Source: Candidatus Omnitrophota bacterium (GTDB lineage Bacteria > Omnitrophota > Gorgyraeia > Gygaellales > Profunditerraquicolaceae). Taken from it: a stretch of DNA of 64,000 bases. The notes under the pieces are model-generated. The model saw nothing but the letters and a program-made list of their open reading frames with translations, was not told where the DNA came from and made no database searches. The position numbers and the translations under genes were made by a program. Positions 10,335 to 19,928 of the stretch are shown here, piece by piece. The first letter of the stretch is position 1, and every line of letters starts with the position of its first letter. The stretch lies in the NCBI GenBank assembly GCA_041650835.1, contig JBAZKL010000001.1, positions 637,617 through 701,616 on the forward strand. The letters run 5' to 3'.

Positions 10335-11339
10335 TTAAATTTTAATCTTAACTTCTTTAAAGAGCGAAAAAAGGCGCGTAAACGGGACATACCAGCGGGA
10401 CAACTGCCCCAATTGGCCTGTCAGCTTCATCTTGCCTTGCGTGACCGCCACAAATGAATCAAGCTTCCCTAAAAAAACCTGCTTCCAGGCCTCTGCCGGC
10501 GCGGAGATCACGAACGGCGCGTTACTATCGCAATCTAAACTCGTGATCCTTCCTTTTTCAAAGCTGAATTTATACACCTTATCGCTGGCATCGAGTTTGA
10601 TCGCCAATTGCAGCGTTAGATCAAGCTCCTCGCCTTTTTGCGCGATAAACTCATCCTTATTCACCAGGTCCACGATCGCCTGCACATGCTCTTTTGAAAA
10701 CATCTCATAGGCTATTTCTTTACGGGTTAACGTATTTTTAAGCGGGCTATCCAGTTCATCTAAAGCGTCTTTCTTGAACAAGCGCGCGACCGCGGCAACC
10801 CGCACCGCTTCTTCCAAAGCTTCGATCAGCGCCAGGGCGTCTTCAAAGGTATCCCCGAGAGCCACAACACCATGGTTCTTCAACACCACCAGGTTATTGT
10901 TTTTCAAAGCCTCAACGACCAGCTCGGGCTTTGTCACCGTCGGGGTGTCCTGCTCGACGACCGGCACTTCTCCAAGATAAAATTTAGTTTCGAAGGTCAA
11001 TGCCTTTAACGATGAATTCACGGCAAAATACCCATTGATCAAAGGGGCATGGCAATGGATAACTACTTTCGCCGGAAAATTCTTATAGGCCAGGCTGTGT
11101 AACGGCAATTCAGAGCTCGGCTTCTTATCCGCACGCGTTTTCCCTGTTGTAATATCAACCGGCACAATATCTTCCCGCCCCAAACCGCCTAAAAACGTTC
11201 CCGTAGCCGTAATAAGGATTGTCGCGTCATCCAACCGGGCGCTGATATTGCCGCTCTTAGCGACAGCAAGGCCGGTAGCATAGATCCTCCCGCCTACTTT
11301 AATCATCCGGTCTTTAACTATTTCTTCATTATCAAGCAT
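10335..11339 (-). CDS. class II aldolase/adducin-family enzyme (MtnB/Ald2-like) with a C-terminal SCP2-like extension
   Basis: N-terminal class II aldolase signature (SGNISARL...VIHCHAP). The C-terminal roughly 120 aa resemble an SCP2 sterol-carrier fold. It is in an operon with mtnA and a nucleoside phosphorylase. Confidence 0.7.
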   Translation of the reverse strand: MLDNEEIVKDRMIKVGGRIYATGLAVAKSGNISARLDDATILITATGTFLGGLGREDIVPVDITTGKTRADKKPSSELPLHSLAYKNFPAKVVIHCHAPLINGYFAVNSSLKALTFETKFYLGEVPVVEQDTPTVTKPELVVEALKNNNLVVLKNHGVVALGDTFEDALALIEALEEAVRVAAVARLFKKDALDELDSPLKNTLTRKEIAYEMFSKEHVQAIVDLVNKDEFIAQKGEELDLTLQLAIKLDASDKVYKFSFEKGRITSLDCDSNAPFVISAPAEAWKQVFLGKLDSFVAVTQGKMKLTGQLGQLSRWYVPFTRLFSLFKEVKIKI

Positions 11340-11342
11340 CTC

Positions 11343-12278
11343 TTAAACTCCCAGGTAAATATGCTTTGTGATCAACTCTTTGGGGGTAACATCAAAAGCG
11401 GGATAATACCCCTTCACCCCGGCAGGGGCAAAACGAACGCCCTGATATTCCAGCAATTCCTTATCGGGCCTTATTTCAATGGGTATATCTTTACCGCTTG
11501 CTGCCTTTGAAGGAGGAGGACAAACCACATAAAAAGGGACCTTAAAATGTTCTGCTAAAAGGGCGATCTGATAGGTCCCGATCTTGTTGGCGATATCCCC
11601 GTTTTGAGCCAAATGGTCCGCTCCCACGATCACCTTAGTGACCTTATTTTCATGCATCAGTTGAGCCACCATATTATCAGCGATAACCGTAACATCAAAG
11701 CCCGCGCGGTTGAGCTCCCAGGCAGTTAAACGCGCGCCCTGCAGATACGGACGGGTCTCAGTCGTGAAAAAACGGATATGCTTATCCTGTTTTAAACAAA
11801 GCGAACCGATGAGCGGCATCAGGCCGCTGATATTACAATGCGTCAGGATAACATCCCCGTCATTGATCAAAAGGCTTACCTCTTCTGCCTGCTGTACGCG
11901 CTTGTTCTTTAACATTTCAAGAAAACCAAGGATACTTTTTTCCAGGTCTTTGCCTGCCTGCGCCCACCCCAGTACCATACCGGTCAAGATCTTAAAAGAA
12001 AGCGTCGGACGGCTCGAGTTTATGGCAGCGGCCACTTTTTCCAAGCGGGGAAGAATATCCTTACCCTGCTTTTTCTTCTTGATCTCCAGCAAGAAAGTAT
12101 ACATGACCAGGAGGACCTGGCCGACAGCCCTGGTCTTCATTTCCTTGATCGCGCGGCACGCCCCCTGATAATCCCTTACCTTCAGGTACACTTTTTTCCG
12201 CGGCAATCGCGTCTCATCAAGGATAAAGATAGTATCCCCTTTTAACTCGATAGGCCAAAACAACGGCGAGAACTTCAT
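11343..12278 (-). CDS. mtnA: S-methyl-5-thioribose-1-phosphate isomerase (eIF-2B alpha/beta/delta family)
   Basis: Family motif VIVGADHLAQNGDIANKIGTYQIALLA. Confidence 0.75.
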   Translation of the reverse strand: MKFSPLFWPIELKGDTIFILDETRLPRKKVYLKVRDYQGACRAIKEMKTRAVGQVLLVMYTFLLEIKKKKQGKDILPRLEKVAAAINSSRPTLSFKILTGMVLGWAQAGKDLEKSILGFLEMLKNKRVQQAEEVSLLINDGDVILTHCNISGLMPLIGSLCLKQDKHIRFFTTETRPYLQGARLTAWELNRAGFDVTVIADNMVAQLMHENKVTKVIVGADHLAQNGDIANKIGTYQIALLAEHFKVPFYVVCPPPSKAASGKDIPIEIRPDKELLEYQGVRFAPAGVKGYYPAFDVTPKELITKHIYLGV

Positions 12279-12279
12279 T

Positions 12280-13050
12280 CTATTTGCCTTCCAATTTCTT
12301 CACGGCCGCCAAAGCGATCTCGATCAACTTCGATTCCGCCATATAATACATCGGATTCATAAACCCCATCTCACCGGTAATCACGTTATCGCTGACCGCC
12401 AGGATCGCTGCGGCCTTAACCTTATAGGTTTGCGCGATCGTAAGCAGTGTTGAAGAAACCATATCCACCGCGATCGCCCCTTCAAGGCGCTTTGACTCCA
12501 CCAACTCCCTGGTTTCGCGCAAAAGCGCGTCCGTCGTCCAGGCGCACCCCCGATGGACCGTCGCCCCCAGATCAGCGGCAACAGCAAAGAGGGTATCGGT
12601 AATCTTCTTGTCGGCAACCGTCTTAAAATCCTTATCGACGTAATACGGAGTTACTCCGTCTCCGCGAATGACCGTATCGACCACTATCAGGTCGCCGACT
12701 TTAATGTTTTCATCCAGCGCCCCGCAGGTGCCGATACGGATGATATTCTCTATCTCGGCATTGCACATAACCTCGGAGGTGATCGCGGTATCAGTGGAAA
12801 ACCTGCCGCCGTTGATAGCCGTAAGCTTGATACCCTGATACATCCCGGTATACATGGTATATTCCATAAAAGAAAAATTCTTCACCGGGTTCTCTATCTT
12901 CTTCATCAACACATCAAGCCTGTCTCTGGGCCCCGGCACGATCGCGTATTTGCCGACATCCTGAGGCCGCAGCTGCACCATCGCCGTAAGGTCCTTACCT
13001 GTCAAATGAACATCTTTTTGCATTTTCATATCGATCTCCTCACCAGTCAC
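12280..13050 (-). CDS. PNP/UDP family nucleoside phosphorylase, probable 5'-methylthioadenosine phosphorylase
   Basis: IRIGTCGALD motif of phosphorylase family 1. Operon context with mtnA and the aldolase. Confidence 0.65.
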   Translation of the reverse strand: MTGEEIDMKMQKDVHLTGKDLTAMVQLRPQDVGKYAIVPGPRDRLDVLMKKIENPVKNFSFMEYTMYTGMYQGIKLTAINGGRFSTDTAITSEVMCNAEIENIIRIGTCGALDENIKVGDLIVVDTVIRGDGVTPYYVDKDFKTVADKKITDTLFAVAADLGATVHRGCAWTTDALLRETRELVESKRLEGAIAVDMVSSTLLTIAQTYKVKAAAILAVSDNVITGEMGFMNPMYYMAESKLIEIALAAVKKLEGK

Positions 13051-13071
13051 CGGGCTCCCCCGGGGCTGACA

Positions 13072-13506
13072 TTATACTTGTATATTTAATTTCTTAACTA
13101 ACGGGAAAAACCGGGAATCCTCTTTACGGGCATGCGCGAGTGAAAGCTTGATTATTTCCTGCGCGGTGACGGCAATCTGCTTCATCCGCGCGGCATCCGG
13201 CTTGCCTTTCGAGGACGAAAAAAGCGACTTAAACAGATCGAGCTTCGCGTAGATCTGAATATGTTCGATTTGCAGCTCGCGCACGACCTGCTGCGCTTCA
13301 AGCAGCCCGCTCTTGAGCACTAAAGGAAATATCTTGCTTTCTTCATAGTGAAAATGCCCCGCGACATATTCCTGGAACAAGGTATTGAATTCACTTAGCC
13401 GCTTCGGCTCCTCGGCGATACGCGCCACAGACATAGCTTCCTTAAAAAAAGCTATACTTTCGAAGATCTCTCCGTGCTCCTGCGAAAGCTTTAACAATTT
13501 ATCCAT
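13072..13506 (-). CDS. hemerythrin-like metal-binding protein
   Basis: H...HxxxE...H...HxxxxD spacing (QEH, HFHYEE, IEH, LAHARKED). Confidence 0.5.
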   Translation of the reverse strand: MDKLLKLSQEHGEIFESIAFFKEAMSVARIAEEPKRLSEFNTLFQEYVAGHFHYEESKIFPLVLKSGLLEAQQVVRELQIEHIQIYAKLDLFKSLFSSSKGKPDAARMKQIAVTAQEIIKLSLAHARKEDSRFFPLVKKLNIQV

Positions 13507-13542
13507 TTTTATTCCCTCCCGTATGCCAATAAATACTTTTAC

Positions 13543-14448
13543 CTAAAACAAACCTTGAATATTCTCTCCCAGGATCCCGTCTTTCTCCTTTTGGGTCAAG
13601 GGCAAAGCGCCTACCGCCTTTAATGAAACGGCAGGGTCCTTTTTCGCCGGCCAATCGCTTCCCCAAAGGATACGCTTGGCGCCTACCAGGGAAAGCGCCG
13701 CCTGAAAATTAGCGGCGGATGTATCCCCGCTTGTATCGACATATATATTCTTTAAATATTCCGAAGGGTTCGCGCGCAGGTCTTTTACAAGATCGATCCC
13801 CCGCAGCATCTGATAGGTTGAGTCAAAGCGGGAGGGCAAGTGGCAGATCACTCCGCCAAAGTAGGCAAAAACAAATTTTACCCCCGGATACTCGCGAAAA
13901 ATATCCGCCATAAGGAGCTTGCCGATACAGATCGTTGTGTCAAAAACATATTCGATGACCGGCGTCAATAACGCGTCCTGCACGCGGTCATAGCCGATAG
14001 GGTTGACGATCTGGGGGTGGACAAAGATCGGGATATCCTTCTTTTGAGATTCGGCATAAACAGGGATAAAAAGCTTGTCGTCAAGGTATCTTCCGTTATA
14101 GCTGCTTGCTAATGAGAGCGCCTGGAATCCCAGTTCCTCTGTCGCGCGCTTGAATTCATCAAGCATATCGGAAGCGTTGTCGATAGGCAAAACCGCGGCT
14201 CCGATAAAACGCCCCGGGAAGCGTTTCATGACCTTCGCGACATTGTCGTTAAAAGCGTACGTAACCTCGCTGATACTGCCTAATTTCAGGTGGGCGTCGG
14301 TAGTCGGATAACTCAAAACAGCTTTATCGATCCCGCGGGCGTCCATCATCGCTACCTGCGCGTCAATATCGCCCCAGGCTTTCGAGAAAAAATGCGCGTT
14401 ATTAATGATCTCAGCGGGCAACCAATGGCTATGGCTGTCGATTATCAT
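13543..14448 (-). CDS. amidohydrolase-2 family metal-dependent hydrolase (TIM barrel)
   Basis: N-terminal MIIDSHSHW metal-binding motif, 301 aa. Confidence 0.7.
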   Translation of the reverse strand: MIIDSHSHWLPAEIINNAHFFSKAWGDIDAQVAMMDARGIDKAVLSYPTTDAHLKLGSISEVTYAFNDNVAKVMKRFPGRFIGAAVLPIDNASDMLDEFKRATEELGFQALSLASSYNGRYLDDKLFIPVYAESQKKDIPIFVHPQIVNPIGYDRVQDALLTPVIEYVFDTTICIGKLLMADIFREYPGVKFVFAYFGGVICHLPSRFDSTYQMLRGIDLVKDLRANPSEYLKNIYVDTSGDTSAANFQAALSLVGAKRILWGSDWPAKKDPAVSLKAVGALPLTQKEKDGILGENIQGLF

Positions 14449-14484
14449 AAACGTTTCCCCGGGCTTATAGGAGCAACAGTCGCC

Positions 14485-14901
14485 TTACTTTTGATCAGCG
14501 CTCTTTAAGATCCGCCCTATCATCTCATTTTCATAAAGGCCCTTGAACTCATCGAGGGTTTCTTTACCCAGCTCTTTTACGATCGCCTTCTCTATCGCCT
14601 CTAATTTCACATCCAGAAAAATGAACTCCGGGTTGACTTTCTTTCCCTTATATTTAAGTTCAAGCGAGGCTTTTTCTTTTTCCGCTATATAATCCCTGAA
14701 ATCATTGACAAATTGCTCAAGGGGCTTTTTCTCCCGGGGAAGATACGTCCCCTTAAGGATACCCTCTATTGACTCCAGGATGAACTCATCGATCTCAAGC
14801 TGGGTGAACTTGCGCTCATATTTGTCAAAGGATTCCTTGGTCGTTTTATACAACCAGAGTAAATACCGTTTCTTTAAATTGCGCATATCCTGCTTATCCA
14901 T
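14485..14901 (-). CDS. hypothetical Lys/Glu-rich protein
   Basis: ORF with no motif I recognise. Confidence 0.35.
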   Translation of the reverse strand: MDKQDMRNLKKRYLLWLYKTTKESFDKYERKFTQLEIDEFILESIEGILKGTYLPREKKPLEQFVNDFRDYIAEKEKASLELKYKGKKVNPEFIFLDVKLEAIEKAIVKELGKETLDEFKGLYENEMIGRILKSADQK

Positions 14902-14918
14902 ACGTTCGCCCCTCGCTT

Positions 14919-15527
14919 TTATTTCTTGACCAATTCGACATCATCGATGTACAAAACGCCTTTAGCCTCAGCCTTAGGCTCAAACTGGTAACTCTTTATC
15001 GGAAAATCCAACGTGTCGTTCTTGTCGGCGGCGTCAGGCTGCCAGTCTTTTCTCGGGTAGAAATCAGCGAGGGGGCAGACCATCTGCTGCCATCCGGTAA
15101 AATCATCGCTGACCATGGTGCGCCAGACTTCTTTCCCGTTATCTTTTATATCAAAGCATATATAGGCGCCTGAATTACTGCCGTACATATAAAAGGCTAT
15201 CGCGTTATATTTTGTCCAGTCGATATCCTGCAGGGGCACCAGCCACGCGGTGTTCTTCGAATCTAATTCAAAGCCGCGCGCCGCCCACATATAGCCGCCG
15301 GGGACCGCCTCATAGGCCAACTTGAGCGACTGCTTGCCGCCATGTTTGATATCTGTCGCGGCGCTGACCTCTAATTTCGAATCCCCTCCCGTCCCGAAAT
15401 CAACCGACCCGTCAGGGCCTCCTGAAAGAGCGCCTTCAAAATCATCGATCAATAAACCCTTGTCCTCTGCGAAACATACTGAAACCACACAAAGAGCAAA
15501 CACTAAACTTAACGTCAGCGCCTTCAT
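14919..15527 (-). CDS. secreted hypothetical protein, possible carbohydrate-binding beta-sandwich; paralogue of 43200-43850
   Basis: Signal peptide MKALTLSLVFALCVVSVCFA. Weak similarity to the 43200-43850 product. Confidence 0.45.
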   Translation of the reverse strand: MKALTLSLVFALCVVSVCFAEDKGLLIDDFEGALSGGPDGSVDFGTGGDSKLEVSAATDIKHGGKQSLKLAYEAVPGGYMWAARGFELDSKNTAWLVPLQDIDWTKYNAIAFYMYGSNSGAYICFDIKDNGKEVWRTMVSDDFTGWQQMVCPLADFYPRKDWQPDAADKNDTLDFPIKSYQFEPKAEAKGVLYIDDVELVKK

Positions 15528-15609
15528 GTTATTCCTCCTTATTTGTTTTACCGGTTAATCCTGTTTATCTGATAAACGTATCGCCTGATATTTTCACGGC
15601 CGCTGGAAA

Positions 15610-16386
15610 TTACTTGCCCGGATGCTGCTGCTTAAATGGTATCACCGGCTTAGTCCACGGCGTTTGCTGATTGATCACCGCGATCTCCAAAGGACAGACA
15701 TTCGCCGGCACGGTTAACGCAAAGCGCACCGCGCTCTCGATGGCTTCCGTTGTCATAAGCCGGGAGGTATCAGCGGTTATCTCCTGTAACTTTCCGGTCA
15801 GGTCGGTGTCCGTAACACCGGGGAGAAGAGAAGTGACCTTGATCCCATGATCACGCATCTCCCAAAACAACCCTTTTAAGAAAGCCTTTAATCCGACCTT
15901 AAGCGAACTATAGACCAGGAAATTCCGGGGCAGCGGGTCGCAGAGCGTTGAGCCTGAAACCATATTAATAATTGCCCCTTCCTTATTCTTAATCATATCA
16001 TTGATTACCAGCCGAATCAAGCGCACATACCCCAGATAATTAGTATGCACTAATCTTTCGAAATCGTCAAATGGCTGTTTCTCAAAAGGCGACTGGCTGG
16101 AAACCCCGGCATTATTGATCAGGATATTGATAGCGCCGAACTTTTCTTTCGCCTTATTCACCAGGTTCTCTAAATCTTCAAGTTTGGTAACATCGCAGAC
16201 AACCGGTAAAACCTCGACCTTATACTTCTTCCTGATCTCATCCGCGGTTTCTTTAAGCGGCCCTTCAGTACGCGCGGCAATGACAACATTAGCCCCTAAA
16301 TCAGCGCAGGTTGCAGCTAAAGCTTTACCGATACCGCGGCTGGCTCCCGTCACTATCGCGGTCTTCCCTCTAACCTTAGACATCAT
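15610..16386 (-). CDS. short-chain dehydrogenase/reductase (probable ketoreductase of the PKS-like cluster)
   Basis: TGASRGIGKA Rossmann motif, NNAG, and the YxxxK catalytic pair (YSSLK). Confidence 0.85.
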   Translation of the reverse strand: MMSKVRGKTAIVTGASRGIGKALAATCADLGANVVIAARTEGPLKETADEIRKKYKVEVLPVVCDVTKLEDLENLVNKAKEKFGAINILINNAGVSSQSPFEKQPFDDFERLVHTNYLGYVRLIRLVINDMIKNKEGAIINMVSGSTLCDPLPRNFLVYSSLKVGLKAFLKGLFWEMRDHGIKVTSLLPGVTDTDLTGKLQEITADTSRLMTTEAIESAVRFALTVPANVCPLEIAVINQQTPWTKPVIPFKQQHPGK

Positions 16387-17519
16387 ATGCCCCCCTTTAA
16401 GTTCCCTGGCAGGAATTTATTACTCAGTAACAACAACAGGAGTAATCCTCCCGCAAACACGCCATAATGCAGCAAAAAACTTTTCTGTAAAAGTATGCTG
16501 CCTATGGTAACGCCGATCCCGGCGGAAATAAAACGGATGCTGCTGTTTAAGCCGGCAGATTCGTTTATGAATTCTTTCGGTAAATCGGTCAATAATGTTG
16601 AAAGCCCGGCATGGTTCAACGTCCAACCGAATCCCCAAACAAGCATTACTATCGCTATCGCCGGAAACGGCAATTTCACGCAGAGCGTCAACACGCTCAA
16701 TATCATTAAGGCAATTCCCAGGTTAACCACCTTAAGCCTTCCCAGGGAATCCGAGAAACATCCTCCCGCTACTTCTCCTATGATGCCGCTTAAGCTGGTC
16801 AAGGTGATCAGGGTACTGATCAGGAATTGATCAAAGCCATAGGCTTTTGAAAAAAATACCGCGAGCCACTGCTGCACGCCATGATAAAAGAAACTAACAA
16901 GAAAGATATAACTCAACACTAAAACTACTGTTTTATTACGGAATACCTTATTATAATGCGCCGCGAAACTGCCCGTGGTTGCCTTAAAATCCTGAAGATA
17001 CCAATACATGTGTACCCAGACCAGAAAACCGAACACCGCGGGAAGAAAATAGATCATTCTCCACGGGAGTACCGCGCTTAAACTTAAGCCCAAGAGCGAG
17101 GCGACAAATGTGGCGCTAAAAAAGATCCCGGTCAACTTCCCCTTATTCTCCGGTTCGCCGTACTGGCTGATCAGGATCAACACCAGAGGGACAACCGATG
17201 CCCCGAATACACCCATCAGGACGCGCGACGCGTACAATATTCTTATATTCGCGGCAAAAGCCGCGAACAGGTTTGCCGCGCAAAAAAGGAAGAAACAAAC
17301 CAATTCAACTTTCTTCGCGTTGAACTTCCTTACCAGGGGGCCGTAAAAGAGCGCCGCGACGCCATAGGCAAGCATATACAACCACATGATCCTTCCCGCG
17401 ACAAACTCAGAGACGTTGAATTCCCTTGCGATCGAAGGGACCAACGCGGAACTCGCAGCCACGTTAAAAGACAACACCGCGCCTTCAAGGCAAAGCAAAG
17501 AAAATGTGGTTTTTCTCAC
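16383..17519 (-). CDS. MFS transporter
   Basis: 378 aa with about 12 TM helices. It overlaps the SDR start by 4 bp. Confidence 0.8.
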   Translation of the reverse strand: MRKTTFSLLCLEGAVLSFNVAASSALVPSIAREFNVSEFVAGRIMWLYMLAYGVAALFYGPLVRKFNAKKVELVCFFLFCAANLFAAFAANIRILYASRVLMGVFGASVVPLVLILISQYGEPENKGKLTGIFFSATFVASLLGLSLSAVLPWRMIYFLPAVFGFLVWVHMYWYLQDFKATTGSFAAHYNKVFRNKTVVLVLSYIFLVSFFYHGVQQWLAVFFSKAYGFDQFLISTLITLTSLSGIIGEVAGGCFSDSLGRLKVVNLGIALMILSVLTLCVKLPFPAIAIVMLVWGFGWTLNHAGLSTLLTDLPKEFINESAGLNSSIRFISAGIGVTIGSILLQKSFLLHYGVFAGGLLLLLLLSNKFLPGNLKGGI

Positions 17520-17522
17520 TAC

Positions 17523-17966
17523 TCAAACCTTCGCGGCAGCACGTTCTATCACGTCCTTAAAGATCAAAAGGTTTTCCTTCGAATGTTTATTGATAAACCC
17601 TTCCACCTGCTCATCGTTGAACTTCGCCTTATCATCCATCTGGAAATGCTGGATCCAGGACAATTCCACACCTTCCGGCTTTTGCGTGTAAAGCCAGACG
17701 ATCTTCATATATTTAAAAGGGAATTTCGGCTCTTCTCTTTCAGAATAGGTAAAGCATTTTTCTTTAAATAAAAGCCTCCAGGACTGCCAGGATTTCCCTT
17801 CGTCATCAGTCAGGCGGAAGGTGATCTTGTTGCCCTCTTTCTTTACTATTTCGGCTTTCCGGTATTCGCCGCCGAACAGTTCGGTCCAGCGGGGAATATC
17901 GTTTGAGATATCGAACACCTTATCATACGGAGCATTGATGATTATAGAATTACATGTATGTCCCAT
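17523..17966 (-). CDS. SRPBCC (polyketide cyclase/dehydrase, Bet v1-like) family protein
   Basis: 147 aa with a fold-family resemblance to TcmN-type aromatase/cyclase. Supported by PKS context. Confidence 0.55.
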   Translation of the reverse strand: MGHTCNSIIINAPYDKVFDISNDIPRWTELFGGEYRKAEIVKKEGNKITFRLTDDEGKSWQSWRLLFKEKCFTYSEREEPKFPFKYMKIVWLYTQKPEGVELSWIQHFQMDDKAKFNDEQVEGFINKHSKENLLIFKDVIERAAAKV

Positions 17967-18003
17967 AGGTTACCTCCTTGCGGCCTGAGACTTATGACAT
18001 TTA

Positions 18004-18318
18004 CTATTTCCCGAATAAACTCAACAGGATCGCCAGGTCCTCAGACGCGCTTAACGAATGCGGCGCGTTCTTGGGCATAAAGATAAATACACCCGGAGCC
18101 ATTTTGATCTTTTTACCGTTTAATATAAAAGTACCCTTCCCCTTTAAAACCGTCACTGCAGCTTCCCGGCTGGAGGTATGCTCGGAAATATCGCTCCCCT
18201 TTGCCAGGCACATGAGCGTATAGTTGGAAGTATTCGTCTTTACCAACACCTTACTAAAGACACCGTCTTTGGGGAATTCCATCATCGCTTCCAGATCTAG
18301 TATCGCTGATTTAATCAT
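18004..18318 (-). CDS. cupin domain protein (possible TcmJ-like polyketide cyclase)
   Basis: 104 aa small cupin barrel (GSDISEHTSSREAAVTVLKGKGTFILNGKKIKMAPGVFIFMPKNAPHSL). Confidence 0.55.
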   Translation of the reverse strand: MIKSAILDLEAMMEFPKDGVFSKVLVKTNTSNYTLMCLAKGSDISEHTSSREAAVTVLKGKGTFILNGKKIKMAPGVFIFMPKNAPHSLSASEDLAILLSLFGK

Positions 18319-18423
18319 ATTCTCCTTTTATTAAAAGCAATAGACACAAAGTCACCAGACACACGACACAAGTTTCAAGAGATATAGCACAAAAGCCTAA
18401 CCTGTGTCTGGTATCTTGAGACT

Positions 18424-19239
18424 TTACAATACCGCAACCACCCGCGCCCAGGCGGCACCCGTGCATTTGATCTTGATCGGAAAACAAATAATCTTAAACC
18501 CGGAATCCGGCAGTTTCCCTAATCCGCAGAGCCGCTCTATATGAATGAATTCCCTTTTCCGGCCGTGAAAATGCGCCGGATACAAAGGATGCTTTTTCTT
18601 GTCCTCCAGGAATTCCTTAAGCATGAATTTATACGGCCGGTCGATCCCCATAGTATCGACACCAAAGATCTTGATGCCCCTATCAAGCAGATAATCGATC
18701 GCCGTTACATCCACCCCCGGGTATTCCGAAAAATACTTCGGGCCGCCGTAGAATTTATCCGCGCCGGTATAAAAAAGGACAATATCAAAAGGTTTAAGGG
18801 TATAATTGATCTTTTTAAGGCTATCTTCCACGTCCGTGGCAGTAATACAATCCGCGGGTTTCTTACGCGTCAGGTCCAGGCGCACACCGTCGCAATAACA
18901 CCATTCTAAAGGGATTTCTTCGGCAGTTTTCGCGGGGCGCCCCTCAGAGCGGGAGCCGTAGTGGAAAGAATAATCCAGATGCGTGCCGATATGGACAGGT
19001 GAATGGACAATTTCTAAAGATAAGAATTCTCCGTCAGGCAGATCATCCGGGCTAACCATACGATTACCCAGAAAATACTTGAGCCTGCCTAAAAGGGTCT
19101 TGCCCATGATCACGCGGTTAAACTTCTCAACCCCAGCCTTATGCCCCACCCGCTCAATATCCACCGGGTGGACTTCAAAGGCTTTTTCATCGATAGGAAG
19201 GCTTAAGTCTATGATCTGCATAACGTTTTGGGCTTGCAA
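18424..19239 (-). CDS. cyclase family protein (kynurenine formamidase-like fold)
   Basis: HxGTHxDxxxH motif (HSPVHIGTHLDYSFHYG). Confidence 0.75.
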   Translation of the reverse strand: MQAQNVMQIIDLSLPIDEKAFEVHPVDIERVGHKAGVEKFNRVIMGKTLLGRLKYFLGNRMVSPDDLPDGEFLSLEIVHSPVHIGTHLDYSFHYGSRSEGRPAKTAEEIPLEWCYCDGVRLDLTRKKPADCITATDVEDSLKKINYTLKPFDIVLFYTGADKFYGGPKYFSEYPGVDVTAIDYLLDRGIKIFGVDTMGIDRPYKFMLKEFLEDKKKHPLYPAHFHGRKREFIHIERLCGLGKLPDSGFKIICFPIKIKCTGAAWARVVAVL

Positions 19240-19294
19240 AAAAAAATACGCGAGAAAAACGCCGACTCATCCGATAAGTCAGCGCGATAAAACG

Positions 19295-19534
19295 TTAAAC
19301 TTTTGCCAGCTTTGACTGAATGACCTTAACGATCTCATCGATCGTAGAAAGCTTAGAGATCTCTTTGGTGCTTATTTTCGTATTAAAGGTTTTTTCTAAA
19401 GCAATAACTGCTTCGACCATTTCAGTAGAATCAACCCCGATACTTTCCTGCAAAGTCACGCTGTCTTTAAGTTCTTCCGGTTTTACGCGTAACAACTTGA
19501 CTAAAACATCCTTGATCTGAGCTTTTATATCCAT
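19295..19534 (-). CDS. acyl carrier protein
   Basis: 79 aa with the 4'-phosphopantetheine attachment region GVDSTEMVEAV. Confidence 0.75.
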   Translation of the reverse strand: MDIKAQIKDVLVKLLRVKPEELKDSVTLQESIGVDSTEMVEAVIALEKTFNTKISTKEISKLSTIDEIVKVIQSKLAKV

Positions 19535-19928
19535 ACTTATCCCCCTTTAGAGATTACTTATAACAAATGCAGGCCGTATAACACAACTAATTTATAATTT
19601 TAGGTTATGGCTCAGGTTAAGATATTTGTTTGGTTGTTGGGTTTGGTAGTTAGGTTATATAACGTTAATGATAAAGTTTAAAGGCCCTGCCTCACCGGCA
19701 GGTAAATAACAAAGGAAGGTTTAAGACTCAAGGTTTAATCTTAAAATTTATCCTTTATTCTTTGGATTTCCTTTGTTCTTTGAGCTTTAACCTTTGATCT
19801 TAACTTGCTCTACTTGTTTTTAACCAAACCGCTTTACCCAACTACTAAACTAAAATCATTACCCTTGCCTAACTACCCTCTATGGACTATTTGCCTGCCC
19901 CGAGCTTGTCGAGCGGTGTCTTGCAACT

